Virus record (IMG/VR): IMGVR_UViG_3300024336_000005
Coordinates: 124,001-188,000 of that record
Strand: one strand, 5' to 3'
DNA: 64,000 bases
The notes beneath the pieces are model-generated. The model saw only the letters and a program-made list of their open reading frames with translations. It ran no database searches and had not been told where the DNA came from. Both the position numbers and the translations under genes were made by a program. Each line of letters starts with the position of its first letter. Position 1 is the first letter of the stretch. Shown piece by piece: positions 24,944 through 34,844 of the stretch.

Positions 24944-25164
24944 TGATGAAGATTACGTACGAGAAGAGCAATGCAACTCCTATTGCTGATTGCAAGCCAG
25001 GCTCACTATACCGCCTTGAGGGCGGTAGCACTCCATTGTTTTGTATCTTTACCTCAAATGGGGAGAGGTTCTTTTATATGAGCACTGGTGGGAGTAAGGA
25101 ATTGTCGCCATCAGATACTCTTTATGAATTGGATGCTGAGCTTGTGATAAAGGGGGACCTATGA
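24943..25164 (+). CDS. hypothetical protein
   Basis: Coupled ORF. Confidence 0.5.
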   Translation: MMKITYEKSNATPIADCKPGSLYRLEGGSTPLFCIFTSNGERFFYMSTGGSKELSPSDTLYELDAELVIKGDL

Positions 25165-25505
25165 GTAGGAAGCTTATTTCTTTTGATGAGGTCAGAAACA
25201 AGGGTTACCTTCAAGAGGTGAACCGTCAGTTCTTTCATCCGCTAGGCATTGCCCTTGCTCTTATCTACGATGTAGATGAGGAAACAGGAGAGCGTACTGC
25301 CACTGATCAGGTTGAGTTCCTAGACTGTAGGAATGACCCTGAGGGCTACTGCTTTGATGAAGAGTATATGAGGGAGAATGCTGAGCGCTTTTGGGCCAGG
25401 TCTGAAAACGTCCTTGAGGAGCTTGCGGCTAAAGCGCACGCAAGAAGTCACTTGTTTGGGTATATCGTCCAGTCGCTACCGAAGAAGCTGTCTGACGATG
25501 GGTAA
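25161..25505 (+). CDS. hypothetical protein
   Basis: GYLQEVNRQFFHPLGIAL. Confidence 0.6.
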   Translation: MSRKLISFDEVRNKGYLQEVNRQFFHPLGIALALIYDVDEETGERTATDQVEFLDCRNDPEGYCFDEEYMRENAERFWARSENVLEELAAKAHARSHLFGYIVQSLPKKLSDDG

Positions 25506-25821
25506 GCTAGTAAGGGATAAGATTCCTGAGATTATCGAGGCGTCTGGAAGGACGCCTCTGTTTTATGAAACTTCAGGACATAACTATTGGGAGTTCCTGA
25601 TAGATAAGCTTCTTGAAGAGGCTCGTGAAGCCTCAGAGCACACTCCTTACAAGAAGGGCCGGGCTGGGATTGAATCTGAACTAGCTGACGTTCTGGAAGT
25701 CTTGTATGCCCTCTGTGATAATCTAGACGTTCCCTTTGCGTCCATCCAAGAGGCCAGGCTTCAAAAGAAGATGGAACGTGGTGGCTTTTCTAAGGGATAT
25801 ATACTAACAGGAGTGGAATGA
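25498..25821 (+). CDS. MazG-like NTP pyrophosphohydrolase
   Basis: KLVRDKIPEII, KLLEEARE, ELADVLEV, ERGGF. Confidence 0.85.
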   Translation: MGKLVRDKIPEIIEASGRTPLFYETSGHNYWEFLIDKLLEEAREASEHTPYKKGRAGIESELADVLEVLYALCDNLDVPFASIQEARLQKKMERGGFSKGYILTGVE

Positions 25822-26390
25822 TGGGTGACGGTAAGTCGTGGGCGGCCGATGAGGAGAAGCGAGCTGCGGACGAGGCGCGGATGGCGAAGCGCCTCGTGGA
25901 GACTCGCCATGCGCTTCTAGCTCTAGCGGAGAGGGAAGCAGAACAGTATGTCCCTATCTTTAAGGCAGAAGACGCAACAACTGCTTCTGTTAGGAATACA
26001 GCATGCAAGACGGTCCTTCAGCTAGGCTCTTCTCTTGAGGGAGATGAATGTCCTAATTGCGAGAATGGCGTTCTAGACAAGGACCTTGCTGGCAATTTAT
26101 GTTGCACGGGAGAGTGTGGCTGTATTTTCCCTGCGGGAACGACTAAGCTAGAAGATCCTGCCGAGAAAGATCTCATTGATGATGAGATGATTAATCATCC
26201 CAGCCACTACAACAATGGTTCCATTGAGTGTATCGACTACATTGAAGACCAAGAGCTTAACTATCATGCAGGCTGTGCGGTCAAATATATTGCACGCTAT
26301 CGCTTCAAGGGCACTCCCGTCAAAGACTTGCGCAAAGCCTCATGGTATCTCCTTAGGCTGGCTAATAGGCTAGAAGCAAAGGAAAAGTAA
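25818..26390 (+). CDS. DUF3310-domain protein
   Basis: INHPSHY..IECIDYI..VKYIARY..KDLRKASWYL. Confidence 0.8.
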   Translation: MMGDGKSWAADEEKRAADEARMAKRLVETRHALLALAEREAEQYVPIFKAEDATTASVRNTACKTVLQLGSSLEGDECPNCENGVLDKDLAGNLCCTGECGCIFPAGTTKLEDPAEKDLIDDEMINHPSHYNNGSIECIDYIEDQELNYHAGCAVKYIARYRFKGTPVKDLRKASWYLLRLANRLEAKEK

Positions 26391-26678
26391 ATGGCAGTTT
26401 ATACAGGAGAGGTTAGGGGAGACTTTGATTCAAGGGTTGACCTGGTCAAATGGGACAACTACGGACTTGAATTTAAGTTTGCTGCCTTGAATGATGAGGC
26501 TTATGTTATCAAGCAAGATGCAAAGGGGAAATGGGTGGCAGGCGAGTGGGTGGTAACAGAGGATAAGCTAAGCCAGCTCTTGCGTTCTCTTATCAGAGGC
26601 ATGGGCTTTGGTAGATTTAGGATGGGCAAGGGTAGGAACACCACATTCATAGGAATAGTAGAAGTAGAAAATGTCTAA
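26391..26678 (+). CDS. hypothetical protein
   Basis: 95 aa ORF. Confidence 0.55.
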   Translation: MAVYTGEVRGDFDSRVDLVKWDNYGLEFKFAALNDEAYVIKQDAKGKWVAGEWVVTEDKLSQLLRSLIRGMGFGRFRMGKGRNTTFIGIVEVENV

Positions 26679-27294
26679 AGATGATGCCCTCGGGCTCTTG
26701 ATTAAGTCTTGCGAAAAGCAATTTGGTGAAGGTGCGGTCTTTGACCTCTCCTCATCTACTGTGCCCAAGGTTCCTAAGGTAAGCTTTGGGTCTATTAAGA
26801 TAGACATTGCTGCAGGTGGTGGTGCCGGGAAGGGTCGTATCATTGAGGTCTATGGTCCTGAAAGCTCAGGTAAGACGACCCTGTGTTTGAATCTCCTTAG
26901 AGAGATTCAAAATGATCCAGATTATGTTGCTGAAGGCAGACGACCTCTATTTATTGATGCAGAGCATGCCCTTGACCTAGAGTATGCTACTAATTGCATT
27001 GGAGTAGACCCTAATAATTTGTTGGTGGCCCAGCCCGATGTTGGTGAAGATGCGCTAGAGATAGCTGACATCTTCATTAGGAGTGGGAAGGTCTCGGCGG
27101 TCTTTGTCGACTCTGTTTCAGCACTACTCCCCAGAGCAGAGCTTGAGGGAGAGATGGGCAAGTCTCATGTTGGACTGCTTGCTAGGCTTATGTCGCAGGC
27201 TCTGCGTAAGTTGGTAGGACTTTGCCATAAGACTGGTACGATTCTTGTCTTTACTAACCAAATTCGTATGAAGATTGGTGTGATGTTTGGAAAT
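26671..27294 (+). CDS. recA: RecA, exon 1
   Basis: [48 protein letters not shown]. Confidence 0.96.
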
Positions 27295-28225
27295 CAACTT
27301 TTAGCTGCATAAACTAAGACTACATCAGTTATTGATCCGCTTAGGAGGATCTGCTGATGATTATAAATGGTTATAAATTCAATAAAATTGATGAATCTCA
27401 TGTTGAGTACTTAAAGGCTCACTATCAGGATAAACTAACGGATCTTTGTGAGGGCCTTGGCCTTTCCGATGAAACAGTTTATCGAATGATAAAAGCACTG
27501 GGCATCCAGCGAGAGAGGCATTGGAAGAGATCTATACCTCGGAATAAAGAGGCAGAAGATCTAATGAGAGATCCATATCTCTCACATGTAAAAATTGCAA
27601 AGAAGTACAATTGTACACCGGAAGCAGTTGCAAAGCGACGGACTGACCTTGGCGTTACAGTCAGAAGGAATATGTGTTCCACTCAGCTAGAAGATAGGAT
27701 TCAACTTATCCTAGAAGAGATTGGGCTAGCATATATCCCACAACGAAACCTAGACAAATGGTCAATAGACTTTTATCTGGGTTGCAATTTTTACATAGAC
27801 GTTCATGGTTCATGGGCACATTCAAAACCTAAGATTGTCGAAAGAGACAAGCGCAAGGCAAAATGGATGGAAGACAAGGGATTTAAATACCTTGTCATTC
27901 GTGAATCGGATATTGAAGAAGCCAAAAATAAGATCTTAGATTTTGCATCTGGGTTTCCCTTAGCGGTAACGTTAAGTAAAAAACCTTGTGAACTGCTACC
28001 CGCAGGTGTCGCCTCTAGGCGGCTAACGGTGAAACCCTTCATAATGGGCAATACCGTGCCAAGCCTCATAAATGAGGAAGGTGTAGAGACTATCGAAAGC
28101 ACATCGAAAGATGGGAGTGAGTAGAGTAGGGATAGAGATAGGTACTATCCCCAAGCGCAAGGCTCCTCGTTTGAGGATGATGATATAGTCCGAGCCATAG
28201 AGATGATAAATCTATGGGAGTCTCG
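27295..28225 (+). mobile_element. group I intron in recA
   Basis: Exon ends in U and intron ends in G; joins GN to PETT in frame; Q GCAATACCGTGCCAAGC, R GAGACTA, S GATATAGTCC. Confidence 0.9.
27357..28124 (+). CDS. intron-encoded Vsr-like (EDxHD) homing endonuclease
   Basis: RBS AGGAGG; HTH-like N-terminus; QLED, IDFY, DVHG..H, ERD. Confidence 0.8.
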   Translation: MIINGYKFNKIDESHVEYLKAHYQDKLTDLCEGLGLSDETVYRMIKALGIQRERHWKRSIPRNKEAEDLMRDPYLSHVKIAKKYNCTPEAVAKRRTDLGVTVRRNMCSTQLEDRIQLILEEIGLAYIPQRNLDKWSIDFYLGCNFYIDVHGSWAHSKPKIVERDKRKAKWMEDKGFKYLVIRESDIEEAKNKILDFASGFPLAVTLSKKPCELLPAGVASRRLTVKPFIMGNTVPSLINEEGVETIESTSKDGSE

Positions 28226-28825
28226 CCAGAGACGACTAGTGGAGGCAACGCTCTGAAGTTTGCTGCCTCTCAGAGGATTGACATTCGTCGCAAGACAAGT
28301 GCAGCAGATACTGAGAAGGATGCAGATGGAAATGTATTCCGCATCCCGACGACGGTCAAGTTCGTAAAGAACAAGCTGTTTCCTCCCTTCCGAGTTGCTC
28401 ACATTGATATGGAAATGAATGTTGGCATCAACAGAACAGCAGAAATCTTGGACCTTGCCGCTGACAACGACATAATTCTTAAGTCAGGGGCATGGTACGA
28501 ATACGTTGACCCCTCCCGAACGGAACTCTTGTTAAAGCTTCGTCAGCATGAGGATGTAAAGGCTTTGATCCAAGAGATTAAAGCCGCTCCAAAGGATTTT
28601 AATGTCGTTCCGGAAAGTATCAAGGAAGGAGCTCGAAAGATAGGTCCCCTTCTTGATGCCTTGGAGTTCGATGACAAGGGCTGGAGGGTTCAAGGGCGTT
28701 CTTCTGCTATAGAGGCCCTAGGAGAGAGACCAGAGTTATTGGAGGAGCTTAGAGTTCACATTCGTGAAATCTATTTCCCAACCAGTAGCCCACAAGCGGA
28801 AGTTTCAGACGATATTCCGTTTTAA
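28226..28825 (+). CDS. recA: RecA, exon 2
   Basis: PETTSGGNALKFAASQRIDIR, KNKLFPPF, SGAWY. Confidence 0.95.
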   Translation, partial: PETTSGGNALKFAASQRIDIRRKTSAADTEKDADGNVFRIPTTVKFVKNKLFPPFRVAHIDMEMNVGINRTAEILDLAADNDIILKSGAWYEYVDPSRTELLLKLRQHEDVKALIQEIKAAPKDFNVVPESIKEGARKIGPLLDALEFDDKGWRVQGRSSAIEALGERPELLEELRVHIREIYFPTSSPQAEVSDDIPF

Positions 28826-28839
28826 TTTCAGGAGCTTAA

Positions 28840-29793
28840 ATGCCCGATTCATACACCGGTGTGTACGTCCTCTATGTTGATGAGACCCTAATCGATAGGG
28901 TCTTTTCTGAACGATCCCTTTCCGTTGAGGAACTCTTAGACGGAACGTTGAGTGAAGATGCTTGCAAGGAGTTGAATGTTCCAGTTCAAAATACTTCTTG
29001 GACTGAGTATCCAAATACAAACTTTGTTCTAAAGTCTGTCTTCAGACCTAAGAAGTCCGCTCTTGTGAGACTGTCAAAGGATTGCAAGAGAGTTGAAGTC
29101 CTTTGGGACTACAACAAGACTCCACTGCAAGGCTTGAAGCCACGCAACAAGGAGCAGAACATGCTCCTCAATGCTTTGATGGATGATGAGATTGCATGTG
29201 TCGTTGTAGAAGGCAAGGCAGGAAGTGGGAAGACGCTCTGTGCTCTTGCCGTTGCCTTGGATTGCATTGGATCGCCCAGCTCCCCTTATAAGAAGATTGT
29301 TCTTACGAGACCAATGTCCTCTGTGGGAGCTCCTTTGGGAGCTCTACCTGGAGATCAAGCGGAGAAGTTCCTTCCTTATCTTGGGAACTACTTCTCGAAC
29401 TTTGAGTTCCTGTTAGGGAAGCATGGTCTTGCCTATCTTAAGACCATGATGGAGAAGGGGGACATTGAGATTCTGCCATTGCAACTAATTGGTGGCATCT
29501 CATGGCATGATACACTCGTGATTGCCGATGAGGTGCAGTCCTTGAATGCACAACAGATGTATGCACTGGGCACACGCCCTGCTGCAAACTCTAAGTTGAT
29601 TCTTCTTGGTGACAGCGCCCAGAGATATGGTAGGTTCGAGGATGCTAGACACACAGGGCTTTGGAAGATTGCCCACAGTGAGCATGCTCTTCGCTCGCCT
29701 TTGGTGAGCTACATTAAGCTTCTCAAGCAGGAGAGACACCCGCTTGCTGATGTCTTCTATAATACATTCGTTAATAATGAGGTTGTTGAATGA
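28840..29793 (+). CDS. phoH: PhoH-family ATPase
   Basis: PRNKEQ, GKAGSGKT, IADEVQ, LGDSAQ. Confidence 0.9.
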   Translation: MPDSYTGVYVLYVDETLIDRVFSERSLSVEELLDGTLSEDACKELNVPVQNTSWTEYPNTNFVLKSVFRPKKSALVRLSKDCKRVEVLWDYNKTPLQGLKPRNKEQNMLLNALMDDEIACVVVEGKAGSGKTLCALAVALDCIGSPSSPYKKIVLTRPMSSVGAPLGALPGDQAEKFLPYLGNYFSNFEFLLGKHGLAYLKTMMEKGDIEILPLQLIGGISWHDTLVIADEVQSLNAQQMYALGTRPAANSKLILLGDSAQRYGRFEDARHTGLWKIAHSEHALRSPLVSYIKLLKQERHPLADVFYNTFVNNEVVE

Positions 29794-30284
29794 GAGTAAG
29801 TATTTATAACAAGGGCGTTTCCTACAACGGGGAGACAGTTAAGTCTCCCCTTCCCAAGGAGAGCACCACAGAGGCGGCGGCAGTAGATGTTTCTACTCCC
29901 GTCCCCTTTGTTCTTGAGGTTGGTGCTAAGCATCTGGTTGACACAGGCTTGATTATCAAGGCTCCTCGAGGGTATTGCATCCAGGTCCTACCTCGTAGCG
30001 GACTGGCTTGCAAGAAGGGGATTACCATCCCTAACGCTCCTGGTCTAATTGATAGAGACTACTGTGGCCCAGATGATGTGATCAAGATCATGCTTGTGAA
30101 TCAGGGGAAGGAGGCTGTGGAGTTTAAGGCGGGAGATAGGGTGGCGCAGCTGCTCTTCACGCCGTACATCACGGTTTCGTGGGATGAGGAAGAGAAGGCC
30201 ACCTTTGCTAAGGTAACCTCCAGAGGAGGTTTTGGTAGCACTGGCGTAGATAGGAAGAGTGGACTTTGGAACAGAAGAACCTAG
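29790..30284 (+). CDS. dut: dUTPase (trimeric)
   Basis: AAVDV, PRSGLA, GLIDRDY, RVAQL, RGGFGSTG. Confidence 0.95.
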   Translation: MRVSIYNKGVSYNGETVKSPLPKESTTEAAAVDVSTPVPFVLEVGAKHLVDTGLIIKAPRGYCIQVLPRSGLACKKGITIPNAPGLIDRDYCGPDDVIKIMLVNQGKEAVEFKAGDRVAQLLFTPYITVSWDEEEKATFAKVTSRGGFGSTGVDRKSGLWNRRT

Positions 30285-30447
30285 ACGTTGAAACATTAAA
30301 CATCTGTGTTAATGTCCTTGAGTCCCTATGTCATGGTCCAGCACTAGCATCTAGGAGTTCCTATTATGCTGTGCTGGACATGCAGTATCCTAATATTAAA
30401 GCCGTCTCCTTTGGAGACGTCGTAGAAGAGAGAAAACTAAGAAAAGG

Positions 30448-30651
30448 TTGGTTCTAATGAATAAGAACGCACGCATTGCCTTCTGGGCAGATGAGACTGG
30501 CTTCTGGATGAGTGTTAATGAGGGTAGCTTGGAGCGTCCTAACTGGATTGTTCAGGACATCCCTTCGGGTCATCTTAATCTGGAAATGTCAGAAGATAAG
30601 ATTCAGGTGAAGATTACTCCTGTGGTAGCTGAAGTGAAAATTGATCTTTAG
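30448..30651 (+). CDS. hypothetical protein
   Basis: Short ORF. Confidence 0.4.
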   Translation: MVLMNKNARIAFWADETGFWMSVNEGSLERPNWIVQDIPSGHLNLEMSEDKIQVKITPVVAEVKIDL

Positions 30652-30815
30652 CTGATCTCCCTCCAGCCTAGATCCTCTCCACCCACCTGTGGACCCGCCC
30701 GCAACCTCAAAGGCCAGCAGGGCCTTCAGTCCCAGTAAAGCTCTTCCAAATTGGGAAGATAATCATTACCACTCCTTTATTAGTTATGTTAAGCAATAAC
30801 AGCAGGAGCTCCTCC

Positions 30816-31211
30816 ATGAGTAGATGTAACAAGTGTGATATGCCTATCAATGGCACAATGATGGATAGATGCTTCTGTGAGCCAGCTGTTGGTAAGTCTA
30901 GTATGGCCAAATATATGCCCACATGTGGGGCAGACTATGACGATGATCGTCGTGATATGGCTCCCATCTATACCATGCCTCCCGTGGTAAAGAACATAGA
31001 CCCTCTTTGGGCTCACTTAGTGGTGAATGAGACCAACATAAGGTTTGAATACCTTTCTCCTAGTCGTGGGGCAACCACCAGGAGCGTTAAGCTTCTGGGA
31101 TGTTATAAGAGCTTTGGTAATACATATATAATTGGCTACTGCATGCTAAGAGATGCAAAGAGGACCTTTAGGGTCGATAGAATTCAGAAGGTGGTGGCCG
31201 TTGACGCTTAA
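30816..31211 (+). CDS. WYL-domain protein with an N-terminal Cys module
   Basis: IRFEY..TRSV..YIIGYCMLRDAKRTFRVDRI. Confidence 0.8.
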   Translation: MSRCNKCDMPINGTMMDRCFCEPAVGKSSMAKYMPTCGADYDDDRRDMAPIYTMPPVVKNIDPLWAHLVVNETNIRFEYLSPSRGATTRSVKLLGCYKSFGNTYIIGYCMLRDAKRTFRVDRIQKVVAVDA

Positions 31212-31479
31212 GAAAAGATTTGAAGCCCTTGGTGCTGTTCATTTAGGGATGTTTACTAAAGCAGAGTCCGCTGAACTGTATGCCTATGATGAGAACTGGT
31301 GGGTTTTTTCTCCCTCTTATCACAGCTATTACTCCAAGCCCTTTGAGCTGGAGCCACTTGGTGCGAGGATGAATCTTACCTGGGATCCAGGTGATGCTAA
31401 GAATCCTGGCGTCAAAAGAATGGTGGAAATTGTAGAGGCTTGGCTTACGGCCAATCCTCGTCCCAGAGGTGAAGAATGA
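31201..31479 (+). CDS. hypothetical protein
   Basis: Overlapping ORF. Confidence 0.5.
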   Translation: MTLKKRFEALGAVHLGMFTKAESAELYAYDENWWVFSPSYHSYYSKPFELEPLGARMNLTWDPGDAKNPGVKRMVEIVEAWLTANPRPRGEE

Positions 31480-32153
31480 GATGCAACAAATGTAGCATGC
31501 CCTTGAAGGGCTTTGGTATTGATCAGTGTTTCTGTGAGCCAGAGGCTATCAAGTCCAAAAAGTGGACAGTAGTTCATGAAGAAGTTAATGCTTCAGGCAT
31601 TGATCTAAAGACTGAGGTTTTTGGATCTCTTCTAGAGCAGCGTAAAGGAGAGTACGTGACTAAAGCATTGATTGTCTTTGAGGGGCAAGACTTTGTAAAG
31701 ACTGTGCGTAAGAATAGGCGTGAATATGATGCTCGGTTTATTATCCAAGAGATTCCCGGCCACGGCTGGAAGATTCGTAAGAATACGCTGACAGAACACC
31801 ATGGAGAAATGGAAAGTCTAGAGCCAATATTTGAAGTCTATCTAGAGGACGTGGAATTCTATCATGAAGAGGCAGGGGAACTATCTTTCTTTGGCCTCTG
31901 GGATTCTGGAACCGAGAGGTTCCATTCAGATATTAATGAGCATCTGCTTGATGCTCCGGTTAAGCCTAGCATTGTATCTCCTCAAGAGGTGAAGCGGATA
32001 GAGGCATGGGCTAAAGTGAAGAATCGCAAGAAGCCTTTTGCTCCTATCGTTATGAATAGTACGGCTGTTTCTTTTGACGATATGGTCTGCACTCAGCCCA
32101 TGACGGGAAGTGTTTCTGGAAAGTGGCTCAAATGGAAGTATGTCGATGAGTAG
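31476..32153 (+). CDS. hypothetical protein with an N-terminal CxxC..CxC module
   Basis: MRCNKCSMP..DQCFCEP. Confidence 0.6.
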   Translation: MRCNKCSMPLKGFGIDQCFCEPEAIKSKKWTVVHEEVNASGIDLKTEVFGSLLEQRKGEYVTKALIVFEGQDFVKTVRKNRREYDARFIIQEIPGHGWKIRKNTLTEHHGEMESLEPIFEVYLEDVEFYHEEAGELSFFGLWDSGTERFHSDINEHLLDAPVKPSIVSPQEVKRIEAWAKVKNRKKPFAPIVMNSTAVSFDDMVCTQPMTGSVSGKWLKWKYVDE

Positions 32154-32592
32154 ACTTTCTTTAATCATTGGAGACTGGTCTAACGATGGCCATGGTAAGA
32201 CTGATACCGTTCTTGTGACCATGAATGTCAGTAGGGCTGAACTCCTTAAGGCTCATGAAAAGGGGCTGAAGCAGGTGCCCGCTTTCAAGGGTTCTTGCGA
32301 AAACTATGAGGAGTCTTATATTTCCTTAGGATTGGCTCACCAGCTTGTTAAAGCTGGTTTGGATCCAGAGGACTTTCTTACTGACCCTTGTTGTCGTTGG
32401 GATGAATCAACTAAAAGTTTAATTGAATGTTCTTGGGACCATCCTGAGAATGAAGAGCTTCTCTTTATAGATTCAGAAGGTTATGCCAAGTTGTATATGG
32501 AGATATGCAAATTAGGAGACCCTCTTATTGCCTACTCATTCAATAATAATAAGTCCGACGAGATTTGCATCGGCGGCTATGGAGTAACTTGA
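32110..32592 (+). CDS. hypothetical protein
   Basis: LIIGDWSNDGHGK. Confidence 0.6.
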   Translation: MFLESGSNGSMSMSRLSLIIGDWSNDGHGKTDTVLVTMNVSRAELLKAHEKGLKQVPAFKGSCENYEESYISLGLAHQLVKAGLDPEDFLTDPCCRWDESTKSLIECSWDHPENEELLFIDSEGYAKLYMEICKLGDPLIAYSFNNNKSDEICIGGYGVT

Positions 32593-32593
32593 G

Positions 32594-32650
32594 GTGAAGC
32601 AATACAAAGAGTTAGTACAAGATGTACTAGAGAATGGAACCAAGAGATGA
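32594..32650 (+). pseudogene. vestigial thyA 5' end (MKQYKELVQDVLENGTKR*)
   Basis: Matches the ThyA N-terminus; GGAG upstream; stop overlaps the HNH ATG. Confidence 0.75.
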
Positions 32651-33138
32651 AGTGGATTCCTGGGTTCGAGGATCGTTATGCAGTTTCGGCTAATGGTGAG
32701 ATCTGGTCATATGTAGGACACATCCCTAGAAAATTAAAGCCAGATCTTGTTAAAGGATATCATCGAGTCACATTGTTTGATTCAAACAAGCGAACTCGTA
32801 TGCCTGTCCATAGAATTGTCGCATTAACTTATATTTTGAATCCAGAAAACAGACCGCAAGTTAACCATATAGATGGCAACAAAATTAACAATGCTGCAAT
32901 AAATTTAGAGTGGATGACATCTAAAGAAAACTGCGCTCATGCTTTGGAAGAGGGTCTTTATAAAACTGCTGTTGGCGAACAATATAATAGATCGGATCTA
33001 ACTGACATGGAAGTATTACAAATACGATCTGTGTGGGAAGAGAATGCTCACACTCAAAAAGAACTCGCTAACATGTTTTCTACAACTAGGTCAAATATAA
33101 ATAATATTGTTAATAGATACACTTGGAAACATATATGA
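32647..33138 (+). CDS. free-standing HNH homing endonuclease (NUMOD4-HNH type)
   Basis: MKWIPGFE..YAVS..G; VHRIVA; VNHIDGNKINN..NLEW; AT-rich. Confidence 0.9.
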   Translation: MKWIPGFEDRYAVSANGEIWSYVGHIPRKLKPDLVKGYHRVTLFDSNKRTRMPVHRIVALTYILNPENRPQVNHIDGNKINNAAINLEWMTSKENCAHALEEGLYKTAVGEQYNRSDLTDMEVLQIRSVWEENAHTQKELANMFSTTRSNINNIVNRYTWKHI

Positions 33139-33956
33139 TTCAATATATAGAACTCCTTCAACAAGTTTTAAGCGAAGGAGAATACCATCAAGATCGTACT
33201 GGCACCGGCCGTTGCTCTATCTTTGGTGTCCAAAAGCGATATGATTTGAACAATGGAGCCACCTTTCCTCTGGTCACAATCCGCAAATCTTTCTTTGCTA
33301 GTGCGGTCAAAGAAATCCTTTGGATGCTTAGGGGTGAGCGCAATGTTAAAACTTTGGGAGCAGGGTTCTGGAACCCTTGGGCTCGAGAGGGTGGAGACAT
33401 TGGGCCCTTGTATGGACATCAACTAAGACATTGGCCGGATGGGACTGAGGGTGGGAACGATCAAATTGCTAACGTTCTAGAGTCTCTGCGACAAAACCCC
33501 AAATCGCGCCGCCACATCATAACAACGTTCAATCCCCTTGACGCTCCTAAAGGCGTCCTCTATCCGTGTCATGGGATAGTCATACAATTCTATCCCAGTG
33601 CAGATGGGCAATTCCTGGATCTTCACATGGTGCAGCGATCACAAGATTTGATTCTTGGGTATCCTGTGAATGTTGCTGAGTATGCTCTGCTTCTTATGAT
33701 TTTTGCTAATCGACTAGGCAGAAAAGCCAGAACCCTAATTCACACTATTTCCGACTGTCATCTTTACTCAAATCACATCGAGGGTGTTAAAGAGATGCTC
33801 TCTAGAGAGCCGCTGAAGCTCCCTAGAGTGACGATAGCTGATAAGCCTATGCCTTACCCTGGTTGTGCCAGGGACGGCTCTGTATTGGAGCCTGAGGATG
33901 TACAACTGATAGGATATGAACACCATGGAAGAATCAAGTTCCCCATTGCAGTCTGA
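33135..33956 (+). CDS. thyA: thymidylate synthase
   Basis: DRTGTG, EILW, YGHQ, LYPCH, QRSQD, HLYSNH. Confidence 0.96.
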   Translation: MIQYIELLQQVLSEGEYHQDRTGTGRCSIFGVQKRYDLNNGATFPLVTIRKSFFASAVKEILWMLRGERNVKTLGAGFWNPWAREGGDIGPLYGHQLRHWPDGTEGGNDQIANVLESLRQNPKSRRHIITTFNPLDAPKGVLYPCHGIVIQFYPSADGQFLDLHMVQRSQDLILGYPVNVAEYALLLMIFANRLGRKARTLIHTISDCHLYSNHIEGVKEMLSREPLKLPRVTIADKPMPYPGCARDGSVLEPEDVQLIGYEHHGRIKFPIAV

Positions 33957-34197
33957 TCCTGAGCTGGTCATAAACCTTGAAGAAGCCATTGATCAAATAA
34001 AGTCTGACCTTGTCAAGATACAAAAACGGATTAAAGATGAAGAAGAATTCTTTGGAGAGATGGATGATGATTGCCCCTTGTTCATTCTAGATGGAAGAAA
34101 AAGGGAGGCCTGGGATTATGGTGTTGATTACGGCTATATTATGGGCGTAGCTGCCGGCCTAAAGGTTGCCTTAACACAACTTAGGAGAGCAATATGA
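33916..34197 (+). CDS. hypothetical protein
   Basis: ORF in the run; start uncertain. Confidence 0.5.
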   Translation: MNTMEESSSPLQSDPELVINLEEAIDQIKSDLVKIQKRIKDEEEFFGEMDDDCPLFILDGRKREAWDYGVDYGYIMGVAAGLKVALTQLRRAI

Positions 34198-34577
34198 GCC
34201 TCTTGACAGTAACTAAGACAGTAGTCGATTGTTTCAACTGGGACACCTTTGTACGAGAAGCATATGGAAGACCATATTGTTTTCAGCAACAAGGTGGTTG
34301 CAAGATGCGAGGTACATATCACTTAGAGGTCCACGGAGAGAAGGGGTATGACCCCTATGGATGCAAAGGCCTTCCTTTAGAGCTGGATAACAACCTCTTT
34401 GGAGTGGCCCTTGAGGAATGGCTCAGGAGGGACCCCAAGGAGGCCCCACCATCTATAGACTTCCTTGAGACATGGTGGGAGAGAAACTTTTATCCCAGCA
34501 TTGAAGCTGTTGCAGAAGACCTGTGCCAGAGAGGGCTTCTTCCTGTTGGTGAATATATAATTATCATCGACTGGTAG
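34194..34577 (+). CDS. hypothetical protein
   Basis: ATGA coupling. Confidence 0.6.
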   Translation: MSLLTVTKTVVDCFNWDTFVREAYGRPYCFQQQGGCKMRGTYHLEVHGEKGYDPYGCKGLPLELDNNLFGVALEEWLRRDPKEAPPSIDFLETWWERNFYPSIEAVAEDLCQRGLLPVGEYIIIIDW

Positions 34578-34589
34578 TCCAAACAATAA

Positions 34590-34835
34590 GTGGAGAAAGA
34601 AATGAGTTGGAAAGAAAAGTTTACTCCTACATCTGATACGCTGACGCTTCATTTTGATTCAGTCAAAGAGGCGGAAGTATTTAAGACGTGGCTTTGTAAC
34701 TCGGGGGAGCAATTCTATGATGACTTTCGAGAAGTCATGCGTTCTGATGGGGAGCTCCCCAAAGATAGCTCTGAGTATGTAGAAATTAATTATCAAGACT
34801 TGCCTAACCATATCTTCTTTAAAGCGGAAGGCTAA
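34590..34835 (+). CDS. hypothetical protein
   Basis: Short ORF. Confidence 0.5.
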   Translation: MEKEMSWKEKFTPTSDTLTLHFDSVKEAEVFKTWLCNSGEQFYDDFREVMRSDGELPKDSSEYVEINYQDLPNHIFFKAEG

Positions 34836-34844
34836 GGAGAGACT

